Positions 20,134 to 29,226 of a DNA stretch of 64,000 bases are shown here, piece by piece. Every line of letters starts with the position of its first letter. Position 1 is the first letter of the stretch. Position numbers and translations under genes: made by a program. The notes beneath the pieces were generated by a model that worked only from the letters and a program-made list of their open reading frames with translations, was not told where the DNA came from and searched no databases. The stretch is from a virus: positions 3,030 through 67,029 of the IMG/VR virus record IMGVR_UViG_3300022837_000010; one strand, written 5' to 3'.

Positions 20134-21654
20134 ATGGATAAGTTCAAACAAATTTTTAGCGGATTAACAATAGCATATGGACAATATCAACCCGGTGACA
20201 GAGGAGAGAATGGTACTAAACAAAAAGGTAAAGCCTTTATTGTTCGTAAACCCGTTACCGACGATCTCTGGACCAATCATCTTGAAGGAAAAGGACCAGC
20301 CCTTGGGATTATCCCTATCACAGAAAATAATGATTGCAGGTGGGGTTGCATTGATATTGACGAATATGACCTTGATCACGTTAGCCTCATTAAAAGTATT
20401 CGGAGTCTTAAACTCCCTGTAATAGTCTGCCGATCTAAATCAGGTGGAGCACACGTCTTTTTATTTACCAAAGAAAATATTCCTGCATCATTGATGCAGT
20501 CAAAATTAAAACAAATGGCACTCGTACTGGGTTACGAGGGTTCAGAAATATTTCCAAAACAAACAGAAATTTTAGTGGAACGTGGTGACACTGGAAACTT
20601 TTTAAACTTACCTTACCACAATCAAATGAAAGGACTACGTTATGCTATCAACGATACTGGCGCCGGTTGTACACTTGAGGAATTTTATCAGCTCTATGAT
20701 GTTTACGCTCGCACGAGGAAAGAAGTTGAAGAAATTAAAACGGAAGAAACGAAAATAGAAGAAGCGTTTCCAGGAGGACCCCCTTGCTTAAATAAATTGG
20801 CAGCGATAGGTTTTGGTGAGGGGTCTAGAAATAATGCATTATTTAATGTAGCAGTTTATTATAAACAATCTAATCCAGATACTTGGGAAGATGAAATTGT
20901 AAAAGCTAATTCTAAATACATGGAACCCCCTTTAAGTAATAATGAAGTTCAACAATTAATTAAATCAGTTAATAGAAAAGGTTATGACAAGTACAGATGT
21001 AAAGATGCACCTATTAATTCTGTGTGTCAAGCAGGTTTATGTAGAACAAAAAGATTTGGTGTAGGTTTTGGTGAAGAAGAAATGCCGGTACTTGGAAGCT
21101 TAACTAAATACACATCAACACCACCACAATGGTTTTTAAATGTGGATAAGACTAGAGTGGAATTAAAAACAGAACAATTATATAGCCCACCTTTATTTGC
21201 CCTGGCATGTTTGGACCAAGCTAATTTAATAGTTCCAGTTCCTAAACCTAAAGATTGGAAGCAACATTTTTTAAAACCAATGATGACTAATTTACAAGAA
21301 GTAGAACCTTTAGCTTCTTTAAATCCAATGAATGAAATTACAGGGTTGTTGCAAGATTGGACTACTAATAGACAGAGTGCAAGAACTATGGATGATATTT
21401 TTAATAAACTTCCTTTTACAGAAGATGGTTTTACTTATTTTAGAATGGAAGATTTTTATGCATTCTTAAAAAAGAATAACTGGGATATGGATAAAGTTAA
21501 AACAGGAAACTTAATTAAAAGATTGGATGATATTTTTATTGAGGAAACCAGACTACGTGTAAAACAACAACAACCTAGGGTTGTTAAGATTAAAACCATG
21601 AAGAAATTAGAAGCATCAGTTTCTAAAGTAGAATACCAACAGGATGATTTTTAA
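20134..21654 (+). CDS. AEP-type primase with PriCT-like domain
   Basis: IDID, SKSGGAH, NLPY motifs; EGSRNNALF...PPLSNNEV. Confidence 0.85.
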   Translation: MDKFKQIFSGLTIAYGQYQPGDRGENGTKQKGKAFIVRKPVTDDLWTNHLEGKGPALGIIPITENNDCRWGCIDIDEYDLDHVSLIKSIRSLKLPVIVCRSKSGGAHVFLFTKENIPASLMQSKLKQMALVLGYEGSEIFPKQTEILVERGDTGNFLNLPYHNQMKGLRYAINDTGAGCTLEEFYQLYDVYARTRKEVEEIKTEETKIEEAFPGGPPCLNKLAAIGFGEGSRNNALFNVAVYYKQSNPDTWEDEIVKANSKYMEPPLSNNEVQQLIKSVNRKGYDKYRCKDAPINSVCQAGLCRTKRFGVGFGEEEMPVLGSLTKYTSTPPQWFLNVDKTRVELKTEQLYSPPLFALACLDQANLIVPVPKPKDWKQHFLKPMMTNLQEVEPLASLNPMNEITGLLQDWTTNRQSARTMDDIFNKLPFTEDGFTYFRMEDFYAFLKKNNWDMDKVKTGNLIKRLDDIFIEETRLRVKQQQPRVVKIKTMKKLEASVSKVEYQQDDF

Positions 21655-21730
21655 TGAGGGAAAGAGAATTTTATATGGATTTAATAACTATAACATTTTG
21701 GACTGCTTTATATATTTGGAGTACATTTTT

Positions 21731-21949
21731 ATGAAATACGGATTAACTGAAAAACAATTAAAACTATTTAATTTTATTAAAGAGTATATCAATGAAAATA
21801 ATATACCACCCTCTTATGATGAGATGACGGCAGCATTAGGTTTAGTCTCTAAATGTGGTATAGCAACAAAAATAGTACAACTACAAGAAAGAGGATGGAT
21901 AACAAAGCTACCAGGTAAAAGTAGAAGCATACAAATAATAAAAATATGA
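21731..21949 (+). CDS. LexA N-terminal-like winged-HTH regulator (no peptidase domain)
   Basis: LTEKQLKLFNFI...PPSYDEM...LGLVSK...LQERGWI...GKSRSI. Confidence 0.85.
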   Translation: MKYGLTEKQLKLFNFIKEYINENNIPPSYDEMTAALGLVSKCGIATKIVQLQERGWITKLPGKSRSIQIIKI

Positions 21950-23454
21950 AAACAATAATATTAGGACCACCAGGAACAGGGAAGACAACAACATTATTAG
22001 ATTTAGTTGATGAATTTATACAACAAGGAATTAGACCTAAACAAATAGGTTACTTTTCTTTTACTAAAAAAGCTGCAACAGAAGCTGCAACAAGGGCCGC
22101 TGAAAAGTTTGGTTTAGATATAGATAATGATTTATCAAATTTTAGAACTCTACACTCATTAGCTTTTAGAAATTTAGGTATGACTAAAGAGAGAATGATG
22201 AAGATAGAGGACTATAAGGAATTTGGTCAGAAATGTGGCATTCCTATTAAGACGGCTAGGTACTCTATAGAAGATGGTACCTTTAATTCGGATAATGAAT
22301 ATCTTACAATAATAAATACAGCTAGAGTTAAGAGAGTTGACTTAATGGAATACTACGATTCAAGACAAAATATATTAGATATAGAGAGAAGTACTTTATT
22401 TTTATTAGCAGAAGAGTTGGAAAGATTTAAAAAAGAAAAGAACTTAAAAGATTTTACAGATCTATTAGAAGACTTTATAAAAAAAGATATACCTAGTAGT
22501 TTTGAAGTATTGTTTATAGATGAAGCACAAGATCTATCTTTATTACAATGGGAAATGGTTAGACATCTTTGGAAATATGCAAAGAAAACTTATATAGCAG
22601 GTGATGATGATCAAGCAATATTTAAATGGGCCGGAGCGGATGTAGATCACTTCATAGCGTTAAAAGAAGAAGTAAATAATATTGAAGTATTACAACAGTC
22701 CTATCGTATTCCAGGTGGACCTATTCATGAATTATCTCAAAAAATAATAAACAAAGTACAAAATAGATTTGAGAAAGAATATAAGCCTAGAGATGAAATA
22801 GGATTATTAAAAAGATATTCTGATATAACACAGGTAGATATGAGTAAAGGTAATTGGTTAGTATTATCTTCTGCAAACTATTTTCTAGATGATGCCAAAG
22901 ATTTATGTGAAATACAAGGATGGTATTATCAATATAAAGGAATTAATTCTGTACCTTTAAAACTATTACTTGCGTTAAATAATTGGGAATCATGGCGTAA
23001 AGGAGAGTTTTTAAATCATTTAGAGATTAAAAATATTTATCAGTATTTAGGGTCTAATGTAAGTGTTGGGTATCAAAAGGGTAAAACTTTGCATTCGGAC
23101 GCGAAGTATACATTAAAAGAATGTCAAGAGCAACATGGATTAACAATATCTGAAGTATGGTATAAATCATTTAATGGTTTAGATCCTATGACGGAAACTT
23201 ATATTCGTAATATGAGGGCGAATGGTGAGATGATTAATAAAAATCCTCGTATAACAATGTCAACTATACACGCAGCGAAAGGAGGAGAAGCCGACAACGT
23301 TTTACTATTACAGGACCTTACAGGTGCAGCACTAGAAACTTTTAGTTATGATCCAGATGAATTACATAGATTATTTTACACTGGCGCAACGAGAGCGAAG
23401 CGTGAATTGCATTTACTAGATCCTAAAAACTTTGATCGGGCTTATATAATTTAA
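21946..23454 (+). CDS. UvrD/Rep-family SF1 helicase
   Basis: GPPGTGKTT, IDEAQD, GDDDQAI, QSYR, STIHAAKGGEAD, YTGATRAK. Confidence 0.95.
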   Translation: MKTIILGPPGTGKTTTLLDLVDEFIQQGIRPKQIGYFSFTKKAATEAATRAAEKFGLDIDNDLSNFRTLHSLAFRNLGMTKERMMKIEDYKEFGQKCGIPIKTARYSIEDGTFNSDNEYLTIINTARVKRVDLMEYYDSRQNILDIERSTLFLLAEELERFKKEKNLKDFTDLLEDFIKKDIPSSFEVLFIDEAQDLSLLQWEMVRHLWKYAKKTYIAGDDDQAIFKWAGADVDHFIALKEEVNNIEVLQQSYRIPGGPIHELSQKIINKVQNRFEKEYKPRDEIGLLKRYSDITQVDMSKGNWLVLSSANYFLDDAKDLCEIQGWYYQYKGINSVPLKLLLALNNWESWRKGEFLNHLEIKNIYQYLGSNVSVGYQKGKTLHSDAKYTLKECQEQHGLTISEVWYKSFNGLDPMTETYIRNMRANGEMINKNPRITMSTIHAAKGGEADNVLLLQDLTGAALETFSYDPDELHRLFYTGATRAKRELHLLDPKNFDRAYII

Positions 23455-23542
23455 CTATGGAAGATGAACCAGATTATATTGAAGATTTAGTTTTGATAAC
23501 TTTTTTTTCAATTTTAGCATACATAATAACAAAAGGATTAAT

Positions 23543-23740
23543 ATGAACTGTTGGCACTGTAACACTAAATTAATATGGGGTGGTGACCATGATGTAGAAG
23601 AAGAAAATGATACTTATAGTATAGTGACAAATTTATCTTGTCCAGAGTGTCATAGTTTTGTTGAAGTATATTACCCAAGTGAAGCAACATTAAAAGACTA
23701 TAAACAACATGAAAAGAAAAGGAAAAAAAATGAAAAGTGA
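23543..23740 (+). CDS. Small zinc-ribbon protein
   Basis: CWHC...CPEC. Confidence 0.75.
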   Translation: MNCWHCNTKLIWGGDHDVEEENDTYSIVTNLSCPECHSFVEVYYPSEATLKDYKQHEKKRKKNEK

Positions 23741-24002
23741 ATATAAAAAGTTAAAAGAAAAAGGAATTGTTAATGATAAAGTTAAACTTGGGGATTTAGA
23801 TCCTTTGTTAAAACAAGTAGGTGGAAATCATTATATGTATTTTGCTATACAACCTGCAGAATTTATTAATGAAAATAAGTTGCTTTTTGCAGAAGGCAAC
23901 GCTATAAAGTATATATGTAGGCACTCCGAGAAGGGTGGCATACAAGATATAGATAAAGCAATACATTATCTAGAAATGGTGAAAGAGAGAGATTACACAT
24001 GA
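23709..24002 (+). CDS. DUF3310-like protein
   Basis: QVGGNHY...IQP.EFI...EGNAIKYICR...KGGIQDIDKAIHYLE. Confidence 0.85.
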   Translation: MKRKGKKMKSEYKKLKEKGIVNDKVKLGDLDPLLKQVGGNHYMYFAIQPAEFINENKLLFAEGNAIKYICRHSEKGGIQDIDKAIHYLEMVKERDYT

Positions 24003-25861
24003 GAAATACACAAATGCCGTTATTTGCACCCGAGACGGAATGGGTTGCACCTGATGAACTAAAAGATTTATCGGGATACAAAGAAGTTGCTATAGATTTA
24101 GAAACCTGTGATCCTCATTTAATGACCCTTGGGTCAGGTAATGTTACTGGAAAAGGACACATTGCTGGCGTTGCGGTGGCCGTAGATGGGTGGAAAGGTT
24201 ATTATCCGATTGGACACGAGGGTGGTGGTAATATGGATAGAAAACTCGTATTACAATGGGTTCAGGATTTAGTTAATCAAGAGAAAACTACCTTTATATT
24301 TCACAATGCAATGTATGATGTTTGTTGGCTTCGATCTGCAGGTATTAAAATTAGAGGACACATTGTTGACACAATGATTGCGGCTTCTTTAATTGATGAG
24401 AATAGAATGTCTTATACACTAAATACTTTAGCTAAATTTTATGTTGGTATTGGTAAAGATGAAAAAGTATTACAAGAAGCAGCTAAAAGTTATTCAGTAA
24501 ACGCTAAAGCAGAAATGTATAAACTTCCTGCAATGTATGTAGGTGAATATGCTGAACGAGACGCTGAAGCAACTTTAAAGTTATGGCAACGATTGAATGT
24601 AGAACTTCATAACCAAGAATTGATGGACGTTTTTAATTTAGAAACTAAATTATTTCCTTGTCTAGTTGATATGAGATTCAAAGGTGTAAGAGTTGATCTT
24701 GAACATGCGGCTAATTTAAAGAAAAATTTAATAGTAAGAGAGAACAAAATACTTAATAAAATCAAGGAGTTAACAGGTATTAATGTAGAAATACACGCAG
24801 CAAGAAGTATCGCTACAGCTTTTGATAAATTAAAACTTCCTTATGATAGAACTGAAAAAAGTAATGAACCTAGTTTTACTAAAAACTTTTTACAGAATCA
24901 TCCCCATGAATTAGCAAGATCTATTGCAGATGCTAGAGAGATTAATAAAGCACATACAACTTTTATTGATTCGATTACCAAGCATGCTCATAATGGTAGA
25001 ATTCATGCAGACATAAATCAAATAAGATCAGATCAAGGTGGAACAGTTACAGGTAGATTCTCTATGAGTAATCCTAACCTACAACAGATTCCGGCAAGAC
25101 ATCCGGAACTTGGACCAATGATTAGATCTATTTTTATTCCGGAAGAAAAAACTAGTTGGGGATCATTTGACTACTCACAACAAGAACCTAGAATTTTAGT
25201 ACACTATGCAAAACTTCAAAACTTGGAAGGTGTTGATGAAATTGTTAATGCATACAATGAAGGTGATGCGGATTTCCACCAGGTAGTAGCGGATATGGCA
25301 GGTATTGAACGTAAGCAAGCCAAAACTATTAACCTTGGATTGATGTATGGAATGGGAAAAAATAAATTAATGTCGGAACTGGGTTTACAAAAAGAATCAG
25401 CTGAAAAATTGATTAGACAATATCACACTAAAGCTCCTTTTGTTAAGAAGCTTATGAATAATGTAACTAGAAAAGCAAATGATTATGGTAAAATTAGAAC
25501 TCTAGGTGGACGTGCATGTCATTTTGACCTATGGCAACCTACACAGTTTGGTATTTTTAAACCATTACCTCTTGAGATGGCTAGAAAAGAATATGATGAA
25601 CCTTTAAAACGTGCATTTACTTACAAAGCTTTGAACAAATTAATTCAAGGTAGTGCAGCAGATATGACAAAGAAATCTATGGTAGCTTTATATGAAGCAG
25701 GAATCATACCTCATATTCAAATTCATGATGAAGTAGATATATCTGTAGAATCTGATGCTCAAGCAGAAAAAATTATTGAGATTATGGAATCTGCTGTAGA
25801 ATTGAAAGTTCCTAACAAAGTTGACTATGAATCTGGCGCTAATTGGGGCGAAATAAAATAA
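23999..25861 (+). CDS. polA: DNA polymerase family A with 3'-5' exonuclease
   Basis: DLET, FHNAMYD, TGRFS..PNLQQIP, DYSQQE, RKQAKTINLGLMYG, IQGSAAD, IHDE. Confidence 0.97.
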   Translation: MRNTQMPLFAPETEWVAPDELKDLSGYKEVAIDLETCDPHLMTLGSGNVTGKGHIAGVAVAVDGWKGYYPIGHEGGGNMDRKLVLQWVQDLVNQEKTTFIFHNAMYDVCWLRSAGIKIRGHIVDTMIAASLIDENRMSYTLNTLAKFYVGIGKDEKVLQEAAKSYSVNAKAEMYKLPAMYVGEYAERDAEATLKLWQRLNVELHNQELMDVFNLETKLFPCLVDMRFKGVRVDLEHAANLKKNLIVRENKILNKIKELTGINVEIHAARSIATAFDKLKLPYDRTEKSNEPSFTKNFLQNHPHELARSIADAREINKAHTTFIDSITKHAHNGRIHADINQIRSDQGGTVTGRFSMSNPNLQQIPARHPELGPMIRSIFIPEEKTSWGSFDYSQQEPRILVHYAKLQNLEGVDEIVNAYNEGDADFHQVVADMAGIERKQAKTINLGLMYGMGKNKLMSELGLQKESAEKLIRQYHTKAPFVKKLMNNVTRKANDYGKIRTLGGRACHFDLWQPTQFGIFKPLPLEMARKEYDEPLKRAFTYKALNKLIQGSAADMTKKSMVALYEAGIIPHIQIHDEVDISVESDAQAEKIIEIMESAVELKVPNKVDYESGANWGEIK

Positions 25862-25875
25862 AATAATTCTTTCAT

Positions 25876-26037
25876 ATGGGAAAGATCTTTGATAAAATAC
25901 GATACTTCATCATAGATACATTGATGCAGTTGTGCTTATTATTGTTATTTGTCACGACTTTTATAACTATATACATAATAACTGGATGCCTAATTATTAG
26001 GGATAAACTCTATGGATTTAAAGAAAAACAAAAATGA
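25876..26037 (+). CDS. Small membrane protein (53 aa, not in track)
   Basis: MGKIFDKIRYFIIDTLMQLCLLLLFVTTFITIYIITGCLII... Confidence 0.5.
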   Translation: MGKIFDKIRYFIIDTLMQLCLLLLFVTTFITIYIITGCLIIRDKLYGFKEKQK

Positions 26038-26170
26038 ATGTAAAAAATGCGGTCATGAATGTCATTGCCTGGATGACCTCCACACAGATGTGTACGGTAT
26101 ATGTCCTTGTGATACTTGTAAGTGTGATGACCCTAAAAATTCTGGAGAGGAATGTTTGTCATGTCAATAA
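26012..26170 (+). CDS. Cys/His-rich metallothionein-like peptide (52 aa, not in track)
   Basis: MDLKKNKNECKKCGHECHCLDDLHTDVYGICPCDTCKCDDPKNSGEECLSCQ: 10 Cys, 3 His. Confidence 0.7.
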   Translation: MDLKKNKNECKKCGHECHCLDDLHTDVYGICPCDTCKCDDPKNSGEECLSCQ

Positions 26171-26184
26171 AGGAGAGCGCCAGG

Positions 26185-26271
26185 ATGGATTACAGATTTA
26201 CAGCATTATTAGTTGTGTTGATGGTGGCACTGGCTCTATTAGGTGGACCGGCAGAGTATAATACACCGTGA
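26185..26271 (+). CDS. Tiny membrane peptide (28 aa)
   Basis: RBS AAGGAG; MDYRFTALLVVLMVALALLGGPAEYNTP. Confidence 0.55.
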   Translation: MDYRFTALLVVLMVALALLGGPAEYNTP

Positions 26272-26480
26272 AATTTACTTTAGTAATATTTCTGTGTTCT
26301 TTTATAGATAGTCAATGTTTACCCCCCGCAGAAATTAAACAACCTTATAATTCTTGGAAAGAATGTACACTTGCTGCATATGAATTATCTAAAGAAATAA
26401 TACTTGCACAAGAAGAGAAGTTTGTTAATAAAAATAAATTATCCACTAAATTTACATGTACAGAGGTGAATGAGACTTAA
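26268..26480 (+). CDS. Small secreted Cys-containing protein
   Basis: MKFTLVIFLCS...C...YNSWKEC...FTC. Confidence 0.65.
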   Translation: MKFTLVIFLCSFIDSQCLPPAEIKQPYNSWKECTLAAYELSKEIILAQEEKFVNKNKLSTKFTCTEVNET

Positions 26481-26565
26481 ATGATTGATAGATTCTGTTA
26501 TAATTTTTTTGCTAAAATGGATGATATTTGTGAGTGGATCGCGGATCGTTTTAAAAGGAAAAAAA

Positions 26566-26754
26566 ATGACAAGAAAAACTAACACAATATTAATAGGATT
26601 ACTAGGTACAATTTTAATGGGATTGGCTTCGTGGGTAGTGATCACACTCGTAGAAGTTCAAGTTTTAGTGATGATGATCCAGCAAGAACTGATGGACCTT
26701 GACAAAGTCATTGGAAGAATATATTCTCATATGGATCGATTATCACAGAGATGA
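26566..26754 (+). CDS. Small membrane/coiled-coil protein
   Basis: RBS AAGGA; ILIGLLGTILMGLASWVVITL TM helix. Confidence 0.6.
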   Translation: MTRKTNTILIGLLGTILMGLASWVVITLVEVQVLVMMIQQELMDLDKVIGRIYSHMDRLSQR

Positions 26755-26969
26755 AAAAGAAAACATTTAAATTTAGTACAGAAGTTGTTAAAGGACAATG
26801 TCCTACATGCAAGGAACATACAAAGTTAATATGTATTGAAAAAACTTATTTTAGATGCATTGATTGCGGTTCGGATTTAGAACAAAAAGTTAATGGTAAA
26901 ATTAGTTACATCCCTATAATTAATAGTTCTCCTAAAGGAGATTATTATCTTCATGATTGGGAAGACTAA
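26751..26969 (+). CDS. Zinc-ribbon protein
   Basis: CPTC...CIDC. Confidence 0.7.
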   Translation: MKKKTFKFSTEVVKGQCPTCKEHTKLICIEKTYFRCIDCGSDLEQKVNGKISYIPIINSSPKGDYYLHDWED

Positions 26970-27106
26970 TGGCTAAACAAAATTTCTCTCATTTTATACC
27001 ACGTGATAGACCTACTAAAAGAGGTCCTGGTCAACATAAAAAATCTCAATCAAAACACGAACGTCGTCAAAAATCTCAAAAACGTTATTTAGGTCAAGGT
27101 CGGTAG
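26969..27106 (+). CDS. Small basic peptide (45 aa, not in track)
   Basis: MAKQNFSHFIPRDRPTKRGPGQHKKSQSKHERRQKSQKRYLGQGR; TAATG coupling, RBS AAGGAG nearby. Confidence 0.65.
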   Translation: MAKQNFSHFIPRDRPTKRGPGQHKKSQSKHERRQKSQKRYLGQGR

Positions 27107-27200
27107 TTTAGAAAGATTCTAATCTTGCTTACCGTGGCAAAAAGCCACGGCAAACAAAAGGTGTGAGAAGAGATCCCTAATATATATTAAAATTATTTAT

Positions 27201-27236
27201 TTGACAAGCACTTTTATATTGATATAACTTCCCATA
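27201..27236 (+). promoter_or_regulatory. sigma70 promoter of accessory operon
   Basis: TTGACA-16-TATAAC followed by TCCCATA; hairpin CCGTGGC/GCCACGG upstream at ~27132. Confidence 0.65.
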
Positions 27237-27274
27237 TATAAAATAGATTAATTAAAAGAAAGGAAGATAAAAAC

Positions 27275-27451
27275 ATGGCGAATCCACTTAAGTTTAAATC
27301 AGTTAGTGTTCCAATAGATACTTACAAAAAGCTACATTTTTTAGCTGCTAATAAGGTTACCGACGCACACCTTACTATAAGTAAAACAATTGAAATATTA
27401 GCTACCGAACGAACTAAAAAGCTAGGATATAAAAATGGCTCAAGAAAATAG
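27275..27451 (+). CDS. Ribbon-helix-helix-like DNA-binding protein (58 aa, not in track)
   Basis: FKSVSVPIDTYKKLHFLA...LTISKTIEIL; RBS AAGGA. Confidence 0.6.
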   Translation: MANPLKFKSVSVPIDTYKKLHFLAANKVTDAHLTISKTIEILATERTKKLGYKNGSRK

Positions 27452-27596
27452 TTATCGTAAAGTTATCTGTAGTGAGTGTAAAGGCAATGGTTATGTAAGA
27501 TCTCTATTTGAGGAAGGTAGAGAGGAACTTATAAGCGATTGCAAACACTGCAACAATCAAGGTGAAATAACAATAAAGGAGAGAATCAATGACTGA
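27435..27596 (+). CDS. DnaJ-type zinc-finger peptide (53 aa, not in track)
   Basis: CSECKGNG...CKHCNNQG. Confidence 0.7.
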   Translation: MAQENSYRKVICSECKGNGYVRSLFEEGREELISDCKHCNNQGEITIKERIND

Positions 27597-28014
27597 ATTA
27601 AAAGAAGAACACTTCGAAGTAATAGATGCTAATAGGGCAAAGGACCATGAGAAGAAAAACTATAAACCATTAAGTTATGATTTATTTATTGAGGAAAGTT
27701 TAATTGAAGGCCAGGGTTTATTTTCATCTATAGACATACCTAAAGGAACTGATCTAGGGGTTTCTCATATTGAACTTGAGAAAGATAAGATGTCTCCTAA
27801 AGAATTAATCAGAACTCCACTTGGAGGATTTATTAATCATGAGCCAACTGTTAAAGAATTACAAAATGATAAGTTGGTTGAAATCTCTGGTCCTAATTGT
27901 GAGAAGATTAAACAACGTCCTGATGGCGCTAAAACCGAATGGAATTTAGTTACACTTAAAGATATTAAAATGGGGGATGAACTTACTTTAGAGTATAGTT
28001 TTTATAAATTATAA
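27589..28014 (+). CDS. SET-domain protein (putative lysine methyltransferase)
   Basis: S.IEGQGLFS..DIPKG, GFINH...PNC, KDIKMGDELTLEY. Confidence 0.85.
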   Translation: MTELKEEHFEVIDANRAKDHEKKNYKPLSYDLFIEESLIEGQGLFSSIDIPKGTDLGVSHIELEKDKMSPKELIRTPLGGFINHEPTVKELQNDKLVEISGPNCEKIKQRPDGAKTEWNLVTLKDIKMGDELTLEYSFYKL

Positions 28015-28179
28015 ATGACAGATGATCGCGGACCGTTGGATCTTGAACGACAGATAGAAGAATTATCTATAAGATTAAAATATGTAGAAAAAGATAATTG
28101 GACTCTTTCTAAAGAAATAGATCGACTAAATGAGTATGTACAAATAATGGAGTTAGAACAAAAAAGAAAGGAGAAATAA
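28015..28179 (+). CDS. Small coiled-coil protein (54 aa)
   Basis: MTDDRGPLDLERQIEELSIRLK... Confidence 0.6.
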   Translation: MTDDRGPLDLERQIEELSIRLKYVEKDNWTLSKEIDRLNEYVQIMELEQKRKEK

Positions 28180-28181
28180 AA

Positions 28182-28871
28182 ATGAGTGATTATAGAGTAA
28201 GAATATCAATAAGAAATGAGAGATTATTATCAGCTATTGAGGGGGCAGGCTATCCTTCTGCACGACAATGTTCAATTGTTAATGGTTATCCTTCAATTAA
28301 AATAGGACAATTAGTTAGTGGTTCGAGGAAACCTTTAGATACTAAAACAGGTAAGCCCACTAAATTTTGTAAAGAAGTTTTAAAAATCCTAGGTAAAAAT
28401 ATAGAGGATTGTTTTACGGAAAGACAACTTAAAGGATTTAAAAAAAGTAGTTATCAAATTAAAGTAGATGAAAAAGAACTTAAACAATTAGTTAGCTACC
28501 ATAAAAATGAAGGGGATACTCTTCTTGAAGCTGATTTAGATAGAAAGATTACACAAGTTTTATCTATTCGACTAACTCCTAGAGAAGAAAAAGTAATCAG
28601 AATGCATTATGGGTTAGGGATAGACAAACCACATGATATAATTGAGATAGCCGATTATTTTGGTGTAACTAGATCAAGATTGGATCAAATACTAAAAAAA
28701 GCTATTATAAAATTACAACATCCTGTTACGAAAGGTCTTTTATTGAGTACTGGATTCTATGACAAATTTACTAAAGTAGATGTAGATCCATCAGAGATGG
28801 GTGAGGCAGAAGAATATTTACAGCGAGAAAGAATAATAACAACACAAAAAAGGCTACACAATGAAATATAA
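28182..28871 (+). CDS. Protein with sigma70 region-4 HTH
   Basis: LTPREEKVIRMHYGL...EIADYFGVTRSRLDQILKKAIIKLQHP, RpoD region-4-like. Confidence 0.8.
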   Translation: MSDYRVRISIRNERLLSAIEGAGYPSARQCSIVNGYPSIKIGQLVSGSRKPLDTKTGKPTKFCKEVLKILGKNIEDCFTERQLKGFKKSSYQIKVDEKELKQLVSYHKNEGDTLLEADLDRKITQVLSIRLTPREEKVIRMHYGLGIDKPHDIIEIADYFGVTRSRLDQILKKAIIKLQHPVTKGLLLSTGFYDKFTKVDVDPSEMGEAEEYLQRERIITTQKRLHNEI

Positions 28872-29226
28872 TAAACTAATTGAGTTTTGCGAAGAACATA
28901 ATTTAAGAGAATCAGATGTTATTGATTGTGTTAAAAAATACATTAAGACAGGTACAAGAACACAGTTTTTATTAGATAGATTTGATCTTTATGCAAAAGA
29001 AAGGATTAAACAAAAACAAACAGACTTTCATCATGTTTGGGGTTCAAAAATTGAGGCAGCTAGACAAGTTGTTAAGTCTAATACTTATGAAATTATTTAT
29101 AAAAAATATGCAATAAATAATAAAAGTAATTGCGTATTTTTATTAAACAAACTTATTGCAGATAATAGACAAGATGAAAGATTATTACAGGCTTTTAAAA
29201 ATAATGGAGAAAAGGAGATAATATGA
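28861..29226 (+). CDS. Hypothetical protein
   Basis: 121-aa ORF in operon. Confidence 0.65.
   Translation: MKYNKLIEFCEEHNLRESDVIDCVKKYIKTGTRTQFLLDRFDLYAKERIKQKQTDFHHVWGSKIEAARQVVKSNTYEIIYKKYAINNKSNCVFLLNKLIADNRQDERLLQAFKNNGEKEII

Noticed and set aside
26034-26261. 75-aa ORF in the track
   Set aside because: Overlaps two better-supported small ORFs in other frames (26012, 26185)
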